From: Halovenus sp.
GTDB taxonomy: Archaea; Halobacteriota; Halobacteria; Halobacteriales; Haloarculaceae
Assembly: GCA_003551945.1 (NCBI GenBank)
Contig: PUNZ01000158.1
Span: forward strand, 4,354-68,353
DNA: 64,000 bases
Direction of reading: 5' to 3'
A model generated the notes under the pieces. It was not told where the DNA came from and ran no database searches. It saw only the letters and a list, made by a program, of their open reading frames with translations. Below are positions 40,672-50,607 of this stretch, piece by piece. The translations under genes were made by a program, and so were the position numbers. Each line of letters starts with the position of its first letter. The first letter of the stretch is position 1.

Positions 40672-40688
40672 TGGTTGTAACGTGCTCG

Positions 40689-41789
40689 TTATTCAGTATT
40701 CAGTGTACTCCGGTCAAGTGTGATTCCGAGTCCGGGCTCATCACGGGGGGTGAGATACCCGTCTTCGACGCTAAACGGCTGTTCGATAACCGACCCCCAC
40801 GCCTCAGGAACCCACGGGTCGTCTATCGGAAACTCACACCATGGGCCGTTAATGGCAACCAGAACCTGCAGGTTTGCCGCAAACCCAATCGCATTTGTCC
40901 ACGTATGAGGGATGAACGCAACGCCTTGATTTCGAGCAGCAGCAGCCACTTCGGTTGCCTGGCGGATTCCCGTTGCAAGGGCCGCATCTGGTTGTAAGAT
41001 ATCAACAGCGTCGGCATCCAGGAACTGATACAGTTCGTGAGCGCCGTGGTTGAATTCCCCACCAGCTATCGGAATATCCGTCGCACTCCGCAACTGTGCA
41101 TATCCGTCATAGTTGTGACGCGGGAGTGGCTCTTCAAGCCAGCCAATATTTCCAATATCTTCGAGTTCACGTGCGACTTGAATGGCCTCGCTGACCGACC
41201 AAATCGACTCCTCGTCCATCACGGTCACCATCCACCCCTTATTGGCATCGACCATCAACGTCAGTTCAGGGAAGGCTTCGCGAACCGCCCGTACAACCTC
41301 GATATCGTCGCGTTCGGTAATCCGGAGTTTAACCGCTTCGAACCCTTCTGCCACACGTTCTTCAACATAGTCGATTCGCTCGTCAGCGGGGAGTTTCTGT
41401 CCTGTACTCGCGTACGCTCGAACAGGCTCTGCGCTCCCACCAAGCAGTTCATACACTGGCTTATCTGCCGCTTTCCCGATAATATCCCACATCGCGAGTT
41501 CGATATGCCATGACCGTGGGCCGATGGTGTGGATACTCTCTAGCTTTTTGGTAATCGTCTCGATATCGTGTGGGTCCTCGCCGATGAGGAAAAGCGCCAA
41601 CACCTCCTCGTAGTCGATGCCACCGGCAAAGCTTGGACTTGCTGTGATGCCAGTTATCCCCTCGTCCGTCTCGATTTCGAACACCTCAGCCTCATGTGTT
41701 CCCTGTGGATAGCCGGGTATCCACGTCGGATAGAACGCCCCATCCAGAGGGTGGCTGACATGGTGTTGTGTAACACCAGTAATTTTCAT
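40689..41789 (-). CDS. Mandelate racemase / muconate lactonizing enzyme (enolase superfamily)
   Basis: WDIIGK, KLR, VDAN, LEEP, GGE, QPD, PHTW, PGLG. Confidence 0.9.
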   Translation of the reverse strand: MKITGVTQHHVSHPLDGAFYPTWIPGYPQGTHEAEVFEIETDEGITGITASPSFAGGIDYEEVLALFLIGEDPHDIETITKKLESIHTIGPRSWHIELAMWDIIGKAADKPVYELLGGSAEPVRAYASTGQKLPADERIDYVEERVAEGFEAVKLRITERDDIEVVRAVREAFPELTLMVDANKGWMVTVMDEESIWSVSEAIQVARELEDIGNIGWLEEPLPRHNYDGYAQLRSATDIPIAGGEFNHGAHELYQFLDADAVDILQPDAALATGIRQATEVAAAARNQGVAFIPHTWTNAIGFAANLQVLVAINGPWCEFPIDDPWVPEAWGSVIEQPFSVEDGYLTPRDEPGLGITLDRSTLNTE

Positions 41790-41930
41790 CTCATCTAACA
41801 CACTACTGGGCGCCACCTAACCGTTAGGACGAATCACTGCGGCCATTCAAAAGGGACCGCACAATGTACTGGTCGCATCGGAGAGGACTGAACACAATCC
41901 TCAACAGGTCTCCGACGTAATAATAAGAAA

Positions 41931-42431
41931 ATGGCCGATTCGTCCACGCCTGAAACCGAATCCGATGAGAGCACGCTCACTGAGGAGTCCATTGACCCCG
42001 TTGCCCTCTCATATCAACACCCAATCCTGCTCTTTGATGGTGTCTGTAACCTCTGTAATAATTCGATTCAGTTCGTCATTGAGCGCGACTCGGATGCGAC
42101 CTTTCGGTTCGCCCCGCTTCAGTCGCCGCTGGCACAAGAACTGCTTGATGAGTGTGAATACACCGGTGACCGCTTCGACTCAGTCGTTCTGGTCGAGAAT
42201 GGGACCTGCTACAGTAAATCTGATGCCGTGATTCGGGCCGGTCGGTATCTCGGTGGTCTCTACCGTCTCCTTACCCTTGGTCGCGTTTTCCCACGGTGGC
42301 TCAGAAACCGCGTTTACGATTTCGTTGCAAACCGTCGGTACGGCTGGTTTGGAAAACGAGAGTCCTGTATGATGCCGACCCCGGATATCGAAGAGCGATT
42401 CCTTGCCGGTGGCCCAGCAAAGAGTGAGTAA
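41931..42431 (+). CDS. DCC family thiol-disulfide oxidoreductase (DUF393)
   Basis: FDGVCNLC, FAPLQS, YDFVANRRY. Confidence 0.9.
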   Translation: MADSSTPETESDESTLTEESIDPVALSYQHPILLFDGVCNLCNNSIQFVIERDSDATFRFAPLQSPLAQELLDECEYTGDRFDSVVLVENGTCYSKSDAVIRAGRYLGGLYRLLTLGRVFPRWLRNRVYDFVANRRYGWFGKRESCMMPTPDIEERFLAGGPAKSE

Positions 42432-42450
42432 ATGAGCGAGTGCAGTCGCT

Positions 42451-43278
42451 CTACTCTCGCAGCGCGTCCTCCCGCTCGACGCTTTCAAGCGTCTCTTCTT
42501 CGATATGTGTCGCCACAACAGCCGGTTTGTAGGCCCCGCCATCAAAGAGCTCATGGTCGCTAATCGAGGATTTTACATATCGGCTGAACGCTCGTCGCTC
42601 CGGTGGAAGGTGACCATAGATAACTTCCTCCTCAACGAGGTCATAGACCGGAATCCTTGGCGTAAGCAACGTATTTTCCCCAACAACGCTGTTTTCGCCG
42701 ACAACAAACCCAGAGGTGACGCGACAACCAGCACCAAGTGAAACGCCATCTTCGATGACGACTGGTGCGCCCTCGACTGGCTCTAACACCCCGCCAATCA
42801 GTGTGTTCGCACCGAGTTTTACGTTTTCACCAATTTGAGCGCACGACCCGACCGTGTCACAGGAATCGACGAGCGTCCCGTCCCCGAGTGATGCGCCAAT
42901 GTTGACGAACGATGGACTCATCAAAATCACATCATCGCCGATGTGAGCGCCACGGCGGACAACCGTTCCATCAGGCGTATTCCGGGAGCCGCGTTTCCCA
43001 AGTTCACTCGTATCTGCCAACGGGAGAACGTCGTTATATGTCGTCTCACCGTAGCGATATTTCGAGATGTTTCGCAGGCCAAAGTTCAGGAGGACGCCCT
43101 GTTTAACCCACGCATTGGCGACCCACTCGCCGTCGACTTTTTCAGCCGCACGAATTGTGCCAGCCTCAAGGGCTTCAAGGAAATCGCCGAGTACCGACAT
43201 CGTTTCGATGCTTGTCTCTTCGGTGGTTCCTTCTTGATAGTGGTGCCACAACTCTTCAATCTGTGATTGCAGGCTCAT
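42451..43278 (-). CDS. dapD: Tetrahydrodipicolinate N-succinyltransferase
   Basis: WVKQGVLLNF, hexapeptide repeats, VGSCAQIG, IGGVLEP. Confidence 0.92.
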   Translation of the reverse strand: MSLQSQIEELWHHYQEGTTEETSIETMSVLGDFLEALEAGTIRAAEKVDGEWVANAWVKQGVLLNFGLRNISKYRYGETTYNDVLPLADTSELGKRGSRNTPDGTVVRRGAHIGDDVILMSPSFVNIGASLGDGTLVDSCDTVGSCAQIGENVKLGANTLIGGVLEPVEGAPVVIEDGVSLGAGCRVTSGFVVGENSVVGENTLLTPRIPVYDLVEEEVIYGHLPPERRAFSRYVKSSISDHELFDGGAYKPAVVATHIEEETLESVEREDALRE

Positions 43279-43341
43279 ACCGAGAGCAAGCACCGCGTGC
43301 GGTTAGGAACTGTCGATTGTCTTCGAATTGGGGTGGCCGTG

Positions 43342-43845
43342 TTATTCGTCGATGAGCTCTTCAAATTCCGGGAGCACATCGTCGTCCGGACCATCATCCG
43401 CTGCATCTGGTTTTGACTCTGTCTCTTCGTCAGCTGTTGACTCCTCGTCAGATTCTGTTGCCGTCTCGTCTTCGGCCGTATCCGTCTCATCGGAATCGTC
43501 TTCATCCTCTTCTTCTAACACCTCAATTTCCAGCACATCAAGTGGGATGTTTCTGAGGCGCTGTCCGATTTCTTTCCGAGCAATCCGCGAGGCGTGTTCC
43601 TCGCGTTCAACGTTAAACACGGTCATCTCGAGTTCCAAGGCAACTAACGCTTCATCAGCCGCGATGAACGCAGGTGGAAGCTCCTCACCAGATGGCGACG
43701 TTCGCTCACCCATGTTGATTTCGACATAGTTGAGGTCCGGGTTGAGCATCTCGCCGGTTTTCGAGATGGCAATTCGGATGGCCTCATCCGGTGTTTCGAC
43801 GTCATACACGGGCACAGCGGCTTCGACGACAACTCTGCAGTTCAT
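43342..43845 (-). CDS. UPF0212 / DUF555 protein
   Basis: DEAIRIAISKTG, LNPDLNYVEI, EHASRIARKEIG; acidic tail. Confidence 0.85.
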   Translation of the reverse strand: MNCRVVVEAAVPVYDVETPDEAIRIAISKTGEMLNPDLNYVEINMGERTSPSGEELPPAFIAADEALVALELEMTVFNVEREEHASRIARKEIGQRLRNIPLDVLEIEVLEEEDEDDSDETDTAEDETATESDEESTADEETESKPDAADDGPDDDVLPEFEELIDE

Positions 43846-43981
43846 ATAAGACGTTTGTCTGGCAAGTAATATGAAGGTTAGGCCTCTTACAACGTGCTTC
43901 GGGCCAGGTAAACACCCAGTAATGAAAACAACGGAGAAGGCTTCGACAAACAAATGATGGTTCCAGCCATTAGTTGGGACA

Positions 43982-44902
43982 ATGAAACGCGGGACGATTG
44001 CGCTTGAAGACACTGGACCATTTGATCTTCAATCGACGCTTGAAAGCGGCCAGTCCTATCTCTGGTGGCGTGAAGATGGAAATGATTTTCAAGACGAGTC
44101 AGTATTTGGGGGGAATAACTGGTATTTGACGACAACCCGGGAACGCAAGACGCCAGCCGTTATTCGTGTCCGTCAGTACGACGGACAGTTGGAGTGGGAG
44201 TCAACAATCGACGCAACGCCCATCCTCGAACGACGGCTTCGGCTTACCGATGACCTCAACGCAATCCGGCAGAAGACACCGACCGATCCGTTGATTGACA
44301 CTGCATTTGAACAATACTGGGGGATGCGAATCGTCCGTGACCCGCCGTTTCCCTCACTGATTTCGTTTATCTGCTCGGCACAGATGCACGTCAGCCGAAT
44401 TCATGAGATGCAGCAGTCTCTCCGAGAGGCTTACGGAACGCCAGTTTCGTTCCACAATGAGACCTATTATGCCTACCCGACACCTGAGCAGCTCGCTGAC
44501 GCAACGGAGGTGGAACTTCGTGACCTTTCATTGGGTTACCGAGCACCATACGTAAAGCGGACCGCAGAAATGGTCGCAGAGGGAACGACTCCGAATGAGG
44601 CACGGGAATATCCCTACGAAGACGCACGCGAGCATCTCACACAATTCGTTGGTGTCGGTGATAAAGTAGCAGATTGTGTGCTGTTATTTGCGCTTGATTT
44701 TCTGGAAGCGGTTCCGCTGGACACATGGATACGAAAAACCATTGCAGAGTATTACCCGGATTGTGACCGAGGGAACTACAACGAGACATCCGCGGCGATT
44801 CGGGAACGCCTCGGACCTGAGTTCGCTGGCTACACCCAGACGTATCTATTCCATTATTTACGCCATGCCGGAGAAGAAGCCCCAGTGGGCCCGATACAGT
44901 GA
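43982..44902 (+). CDS. HhH-GPD DNA glycosylase (8-oxoguanine glycosylase-like)
   Basis: TLESGQ, LISFICS, LGYRA, GVGDKVADC, PLDTW. Confidence 0.88.
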   Translation: MKRGTIALEDTGPFDLQSTLESGQSYLWWREDGNDFQDESVFGGNNWYLTTTRERKTPAVIRVRQYDGQLEWESTIDATPILERRLRLTDDLNAIRQKTPTDPLIDTAFEQYWGMRIVRDPPFPSLISFICSAQMHVSRIHEMQQSLREAYGTPVSFHNETYYAYPTPEQLADATEVELRDLSLGYRAPYVKRTAEMVAEGTTPNEAREYPYEDAREHLTQFVGVGDKVADCVLLFALDFLEAVPLDTWIRKTIAEYYPDCDRGNYNETSAAIRERLGPEFAGYTQTYLFHYLRHAGEEAPVGPIQ

Positions 44903-44984
44903 AGTTTCAGCCAAAGACTGCAGCAGCGAACTTCACAGCGATGGGCCAGTATAACGAGCGAATCGGTAGAGAACTATCGTCTAT

Positions 44985-45269
44985 CTAGTGACTGTGGCCG
45001 GTCATCTCGCCGAAGGACTGTCCGAATCGTTCTTCGAACAGTTCCATCGTGAGGGCCTCTGCTTTTTCGATTTCTTCGCCAACGTCGCCATGGCTATGAT
45101 GGACGATTCCGTGGGCTTGCTGGGCCAGGCCGAGCATTGCGAGGTCGCCCACAACTTCGAGTGGGTCTTCACCTTCTTCGCTCAGGAGGTCAAGTATGCC
45201 AGCGGCGACCGTAATTTCATCCTGTGCGTCTCCTGCTTCAAGCGTGACTGTGACAGTTTCCTGTGACAT
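44985..45269 (-). CDS. Conserved haloarchaeal hypothetical protein
   Basis: Acidic 94 aa, FEERFGQSFGEMTGHSH tail. Confidence 0.75.
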   Translation of the reverse strand: MSQETVTVTLEAGDAQDEITVAAGILDLLSEEGEDPLEVVGDLAMLGLAQQAHGIVHHSHGDVGEEIEKAEALTMELFEERFGQSFGEMTGHSH

Positions 45270-45384
45270 ACCCTCCTTTCGATACTGAGCCCTTTACATT
45301 TGTCCGTCGCCGGTTGAGAAAAATCTATTACTTTGGATAATCAAATAAAGTTTTTACATTAGTATGGCGTATTCAGGTTAGATG

Positions 45385-46008
45385 ATGGCCACAAAAAGTG
45401 AGTTAACCCAGCAACTGGGTGTCGTGGCAGGGTTTGATGACCCACGGGTTGAGTTAGAACAGTATCGGACACCGCCTGAGTTGGCAGCAGACCTCGTTCA
45501 CACCGCAGATTTACAGGGAGATATCGAAGGACAGACGGTTTTTGATTTGGGTTGTGGGACCGGCATGCTTGCACTCGCAGCAGCCCTCAGGGGACCAAAA
45601 GCGGTTGTTGGGGTTGACCTTGACCCGGATCCGCTTGCGACCGCACGACAAAACGAAAAGCGGGTTGCGACGAAGACACCAGTTTCGTGGGTTCGAGGGG
45701 ATGCGACCCGGCTTCCGCTCTCTGCTCCTGACCACACCACAGTACTCATGAACCCTCCGTTTGGGGCCCAGAAAGGAAATAAACACGCAGATAGAGCCTT
45801 TCTTGAACAGACCGCAGACGTTGCAACCGTCTCGTACTCCATTCATAACACCGGCAGTGCGGAGTTCGTCGAGTCGTTCGCCGCTGACAACGGTGGGACA
45901 GTCACGCACGCCTTTGCCGCCGAGTTCGATGTACCCCGGACATTCTCATTCCATACCGAAGACACACAAGTACTTGATGTGGAGCTATTCAGAATCGAAT
46001 GGCAGTAA
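45385..46008 (+). CDS. METTL5-family methyltransferase
   Basis: LEQYRTP, DLGCGTG, NPPFG, YSIHN. Confidence 0.9.
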   Translation: MATKSELTQQLGVVAGFDDPRVELEQYRTPPELAADLVHTADLQGDIEGQTVFDLGCGTGMLALAAALRGPKAVVGVDLDPDPLATARQNEKRVATKTPVSWVRGDATRLPLSAPDHTTVLMNPPFGAQKGNKHADRAFLEQTADVATVSYSIHNTGSAEFVESFAADNGGTVTHAFAAEFDVPRTFSFHTEDTQVLDVELFRIEWQ

Positions 46009-46036
46009 CTCCGTAACAAAGCGGTTCAACCAGCCC

Positions 46037-47731
46037 CTAAGGCTCTTGCTGGCGAGTCTGAAACTCGGCGAGCGTGAACTCAGTCCCCTCATGAGAAACC
46101 CTGATGTCATCGTTGACACGTTCGTACTCGACGCCATCGATGCGAAACGTCTCGTTTTCCGTCGGTAATTGCTTCGACGCAATCTCTTGCCCATCTTGTT
46201 CGACAGTGAGGTTGTAAAACTCATCCACTGGCTCAATACTCACGTTGGCTCCATTGACTCGCATATCGCTTTTTGCAGGCGAGTCGCGGTATAAAAGGGT
46301 CCACTCCTCATCACCCACTGTCCCGAATACTTTGGCGGTGCTATTGCCTTCGGTAAACGACCAAGCGGTCCGGTCGACATACACGATTTCGCGCCAAGTC
46401 GTATCCCCAACCGGAATTGCCACTCGCCCATCAAACGCGAGTTCGTTGGCAGAGACCGCACGCTCCCAGATATTCCGCTCATCGCTCGTAACAATCACGC
46501 CGCTCACCGTGACAGATGGTTCCCACAGTGGGGGGACACTAACGGAGCCGATATATTGGTCTTCGACCCCTTCCGCGTAGGTTATCGTATAATCTCCCAC
46601 GTCGAGTTGTCCCTCGGATGCGTCTTCAAGTTCCGTTCCGGGGCTAATTGGGGTGACACTGTACGCAATCCCGCCAATTGAAAGCGCAACGACTGCAGCA
46701 ATGAGCAACCCAACTGCAACTGGTTTCAGCCCTGGAAGGCGTTGTAACCGAAGCCGACCTACCTGTGGTCCTGTGGCAGCGACTGCAATGACCACAGCGA
46801 GGATAATGATACCGGCAGTTCCCACCGCGCGAAACAAAATGTACTGGTCAGTCCCGAGATACCAGTATACGGCATCCATTGACCGGGTGACAGCGAACAC
46901 AAGCGCGGCAAACCAGACGTAGATAATTTCCGGTTGCTGGTTTCGCAGGTTAAGCAAGGCAACTGCAAGGAGTGCGCCAATAAGGACGCCAAAGAGATGT
47001 CCCTGTAACGCAACGTCGACCCAAGAAGGCGTGACAATCCGCGCTTCTGTAGTTGCCGTCACGATTGGGTTTTCAAACGCACGAACAACTAACCGAAGCA
47101 CCTGCAACCCAAGAATCGCGACGATCGTCACCAACGGTTTGACAACGAGCGCAAAGCCTGCAAACGCAAAGACAAGACCCGAGAATCCGATGACGGCACC
47201 CGGAACTAACAGACTGCCAAGAAAGCCAACGATAATAACTGCGCCGACAAAGACAGCAATCCGACCGGCGGGGACAGAAAGTACTCGACCCCACACCGAA
47301 TTTGATTCACGACCTAACACGGTGCCTGTGGGAGTAGCCTGTTGTGGTCGGTAGTGGCCCCACGCGTACTCAACAATTGGTGCGAAGACAATTGCCCCGA
47401 GCACGTTCCCCTGTAGATGTGAGTGACTTGCATGGGCAAATGAGGAAAAGAGTGTTCCCTGGGGATACCACAACGACCAGGACCGGAACGCGGTCATAAT
47501 TGGTCCGCCTTCTTCAGCCCCTCCTTGAACAAGATAATAGACCGCATAGACCAGCGCAATCACGATTGCTGTCCCCCACGGAATCCCGTACACGAAGCGT
47601 TTACGAAGGACGGAGACTGGATTGTCAAGTCGACTATACCGCGAGAGAACCACTGTCGAGAGGACCAGTGCAACGACTAGCGCAACAAGACTGAGTGTTT
47701 CCAAAATGATTCCATCGAGCGAAAGCGTCAC
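46037..47731 (-). CDS. Rhomboid-family intramembrane serine protease with C-terminal soluble domain
   Basis: HxxxxHxxxN (HASHSHLQGN), GFSG, GHLFG. Confidence 0.82.
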   Translation of the reverse strand: MTLSLDGIILETLSLVALVVALVLSTVVLSRYSRLDNPVSVLRKRFVYGIPWGTAIVIALVYAVYYLVQGGAEEGGPIMTAFRSWSLWYPQGTLFSSFAHASHSHLQGNVLGAIVFAPIVEYAWGHYRPQQATPTGTVLGRESNSVWGRVLSVPAGRIAVFVGAVIIVGFLGSLLVPGAVIGFSGLVFAFAGFALVVKPLVTIVAILGLQVLRLVVRAFENPIVTATTEARIVTPSWVDVALQGHLFGVLIGALLAVALLNLRNQQPEIIYVWFAALVFAVTRSMDAVYWYLGTDQYILFRAVGTAGIIILAVVIAVAATGPQVGRLRLQRLPGLKPVAVGLLIAAVVALSIGGIAYSVTPISPGTELEDASEGQLDVGDYTITYAEGVEDQYIGSVSVPPLWEPSVTVSGVIVTSDERNIWERAVSANELAFDGRVAIPVGDTTWREIVYVDRTAWSFTEGNSTAKVFGTVGDEEWTLLYRDSPAKSDMRVNGANVSIEPVDEFYNLTVEQDGQEIASKQLPTENETFRIDGVEYERVNDDIRVSHEGTEFTLAEFQTRQQEP

Positions 47732-47790
47732 TACCAGTAACCGAGGGCTTGAACCAGATAAACGTTGACCGACGGCTCGGTTGTCTTAGC

Positions 47791-48489
47791 CTACTCACGT
47801 CGCCTTACTGGTGAAATGTTATCTCTCCGGTCATCAAGTACCGCAAAGCGCTCATCGCGTTGCCGTTCAAGTTCACGCAAGAGGCGAGCAGCCCAATCGA
47901 GCTTTCGACGCTTTTCAGCGGATACCGCAGGGTCAGCAAAATCCCAGCCAGGAAAAACTAACTCTGCCGCACCACAGTAATCTGCCAGAAATGCCGCTCT
48001 ATCCCCATCTGTGAACCCACCAAAATTCCGGACGCCCTCCTTTGGCTCGGCCTGGGTTGTCGGAATCACAACACTGTGTTCATAGGTTGGAAGATACTCA
48101 CGTATGAGGTCGGTATTGTCACCATGTGCGTGGACGGCAACGGGCACCCCACGTTCCGTCAGCATCTGTGCTGTTTCCGGGTTTTTGTCGATATCCGTAA
48201 CCATACAATCGACAGCAATGCCAGCAGCCATAAGGTCATCAGCAGCGGTTGATGCCGCAATGACCGTTTCAGCACTCCGGGCAAGCGAGAGTTCATCCTC
48301 TGAGGTAAGCGATGGCCCACCACCTGCGATGGCAACACGGTGGCCAGCAAGTGACCAGTCATCGACTGCAAAGGTTGGCCCATCAAGGAGCTCTACGAGG
48401 ACATCACGAGCCGACTCATCACCGCTTCGAGGATACCCAAAGTCCGAAAGGATTGACTCATATATCGGTTCCCACTCACTGAATTTCAT
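47791..48489 (-). CDS. mptE: 6-hydroxymethyl-7,8-dihydropterin pyrophosphokinase
   Basis: VTDID, HAHGDN, NFGGFTDGDRA; adjacent to folP. Confidence 0.9.
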   Translation of the reverse strand: MKFSEWEPIYESILSDFGYPRSGDESARDVLVELLDGPTFAVDDWSLAGHRVAIAGGGPSLTSEDELSLARSAETVIAASTAADDLMAAGIAVDCMVTDIDKNPETAQMLTERGVPVAVHAHGDNTDLIREYLPTYEHSVVIPTTQAEPKEGVRNFGGFTDGDRAAFLADYCGAAELVFPGWDFADPAVSAEKRRKLDWAARLLRELERQRDERFAVLDDRRDNISPVRRRE

Positions 48490-48491
48490 TC

Positions 48492-49643
48492 TTACAGACT
48501 CCGCTCGTGTTCGATTGCGGCGGTAAGTGCAGTTCCAAGTGGGCTATCTAACTGGCTGGCAAGCTTGTCAACAGCGGCTACAGGGCCACCAAGTAACGCC
48601 CTCCCTGTTTCATCATCAGTGACAACGGTGAGGGGTTCGCCGCTAACCCGGTCAGTGAGCCCCATTCGTTGCTCCTGAGTGAGTCCTCGGAGTTCATATA
48701 GCCGAGAGACGGCCCAGCCAACCTCGGCTGTCGAGTCACCAAGGCGCTCAGTATGCCGTGTTGCCTCAGAAAGTGTCGACACATCCAGTGATTCGACAGC
48801 AACGGTTGCAGTTGGGTCAGTACCTGTTGCCCGTTTACGGGTGAACTCCTGCCCAATCAGTGCTGCATCCCGTGTTTCGGCGACATCATGGGTTCGAATA
48901 ACGTGTGCGCCACGCTCAACCGCCATCGCCGTTGCCGCAAGCGAAACTGGGAGCGCCTCGTCCGTCTCTCTTCCTGCTACATCGCGCAGGAAGTTTTTCC
49001 GGTTAATAGAGACAAGCAGTGGTTGCCCAATGGCCCTGAACTCCCGGAGCCGGTCGAAGGTCTCGCGGTCGTCGGCCAGCGTTTTGTCTTCGCTCCAGCC
49101 ACCGAATGCCGGGTCGATGAGCGTCTTATCAGTGATGCCGTTTTGAAACAAAGCATCGTAAATGTCGTCAACTGCTTCGATTGCACCCGGTCGTTCAAGA
49201 TCCGGTGGACTTGCCATCTTTCCAACGGCGACGTCGTACTCCTCACACACCTCAGGCATCTTCGGGTCTGCAAATCCACAGATATCGTTCACCATATCAA
49301 ATCCTTCAGCGAGTGCTTTCTCAGCAACTTCGTGGTATCGAGTTTCGATGGAATAAATAGCATCACCGCTGACGCTCTCGATGGTTTCGAGCGCTGTCTC
49401 AAGTCGGTCAATTTCCTCTTGTGCGGAAAGAACCTCAAACCGCTTGTTGGCAGATTCGAGGCCGATGTCGACGATATCTGCCCCTTGGTCGATAAGCTCC
49501 TCATCGACGTAGGCAGCAGCCTCGTCAGCACTGTTGAACACGGAGGGTTTGTATGGGGATTCCTGGCTGACGTTCAGGACGCCCATGATTCGCGGCGGAT
49601 ACTCATCTCCAATCTTCAAACCGGCAGCATCGACTGTTCGCAT
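48492..49643 (-). CDS. folP: Dihydropteroate synthase
   Basis: IMGVLNVS, GADIVDIG, SINRKNF, IRTHDV. Confidence 0.92.
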   Translation of the reverse strand: MRTVDAAGLKIGDEYPPRIMGVLNVSQESPYKPSVFNSADEAAAYVDEELIDQGADIVDIGLESANKRFEVLSAQEEIDRLETALETIESVSGDAIYSIETRYHEVAEKALAEGFDMVNDICGFADPKMPEVCEEYDVAVGKMASPPDLERPGAIEAVDDIYDALFQNGITDKTLIDPAFGGWSEDKTLADDRETFDRLREFRAIGQPLLVSINRKNFLRDVAGRETDEALPVSLAATAMAVERGAHVIRTHDVAETRDAALIGQEFTRKRATGTDPTATVAVESLDVSTLSEATRHTERLGDSTAEVGWAVSRLYELRGLTQEQRMGLTDRVSGEPLTVVTDDETGRALLGGPVAAVDKLASQLDSPLGTALTAAIEHERSL

Positions 49644-49738
49644 GTCCCCTAGTTGGCTCCCATCGTGTTAAATCAGTCGTCGTCCGTCCGAGCAGACCAC
49701 GTTTCGCGCGGCTTTTACGGTGGTCTCCCATACTCCCG

Positions 49739-50569
49739 TTGATGACTGGCGGGGACCGACCGACTGACACAGTTGAGAACCCACCCGAGCTAGCTGTTGC
49801 CGTCGTTGAGGCAGAGACACCAGGCAACGTTGGGACGATTGCCCGTGCGATGAAAAACTTCGGCCTCTCCGACTTGCTGTTGGTTACTCCACCGGAACTT
49901 GACCCAGACGGTGAGGCATACGGATTTGCCGGACAAGCCAGGGAAGATATTCTCCCGAACGCAACCGAATTAACCTTCGAGGAACTCGCCAACAACTACT
50001 ACACGGTAGCCTGCACCGCCGTGCCGAACGAAGACCCAACGAATCACATCCGCTATCCCGCAATGGAAGTAGGCGACTTGAGAGACCACCTCGCTGGAGT
50101 TACCGAACCCACGGCAATCGTATTCGGTCGGGAGCGGGTCGGGTTGACGAATGATGAACTAACACACCTTGATGCGCTGTGTTCAATTCCCGCGAGTGAA
50201 TCGTATCCCTCACTCAACCTCGGCCAGGCGGCGACAATTACGCTGTATGAACTCCGGGGGCTGTCGCTTGACTCGACACAACATCCCGATGAACTCCACC
50301 GGCGCGCTCCAAAGCCAGAAGTTGAGCGACTACATGACCAGTTTGCAGAGTATGTTACTGCGGTTGGGCATCCCGAGCCAAAGCGCGAGAAGGCCACACG
50401 GATGTTCCGGCGGTTGCTCGGTCGTGCACAACCGACACCCCGAGAAACCAGCACGCTTCATGGGCTATTCCGTCGGGGCGTGCAATGGGCAGATGGCTCG
50501 CACCCGGGGCGGGCTTCCACCGACGATGAGCCCCAGGATAACTCACCGACCGACAAGCGTACAGAATAA
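49739..50569 (+). CDS. trmJ: TrmJ-type SPOUT tRNA methyltransferase
   Basis: PGNVGTIARAMKNFG, VFGRERVGL, SLNLGQA. Confidence 0.88.
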   Translation: MMTGGDRPTDTVENPPELAVAVVEAETPGNVGTIARAMKNFGLSDLLLVTPPELDPDGEAYGFAGQAREDILPNATELTFEELANNYYTVACTAVPNEDPTNHIRYPAMEVGDLRDHLAGVTEPTAIVFGRERVGLTNDELTHLDALCSIPASESYPSLNLGQAATITLYELRGLSLDSTQHPDELHRRAPKPEVERLHDQFAEYVTAVGHPEPKREKATRMFRRLLGRAQPTPRETSTLHGLFRRGVQWADGSHPGRASTDDEPQDNSPTDKRTE

Positions 50570-50607
50570 CCCACCGTCAAAAACAGAGAATAACCTCTGG
50601 CCGAGCG

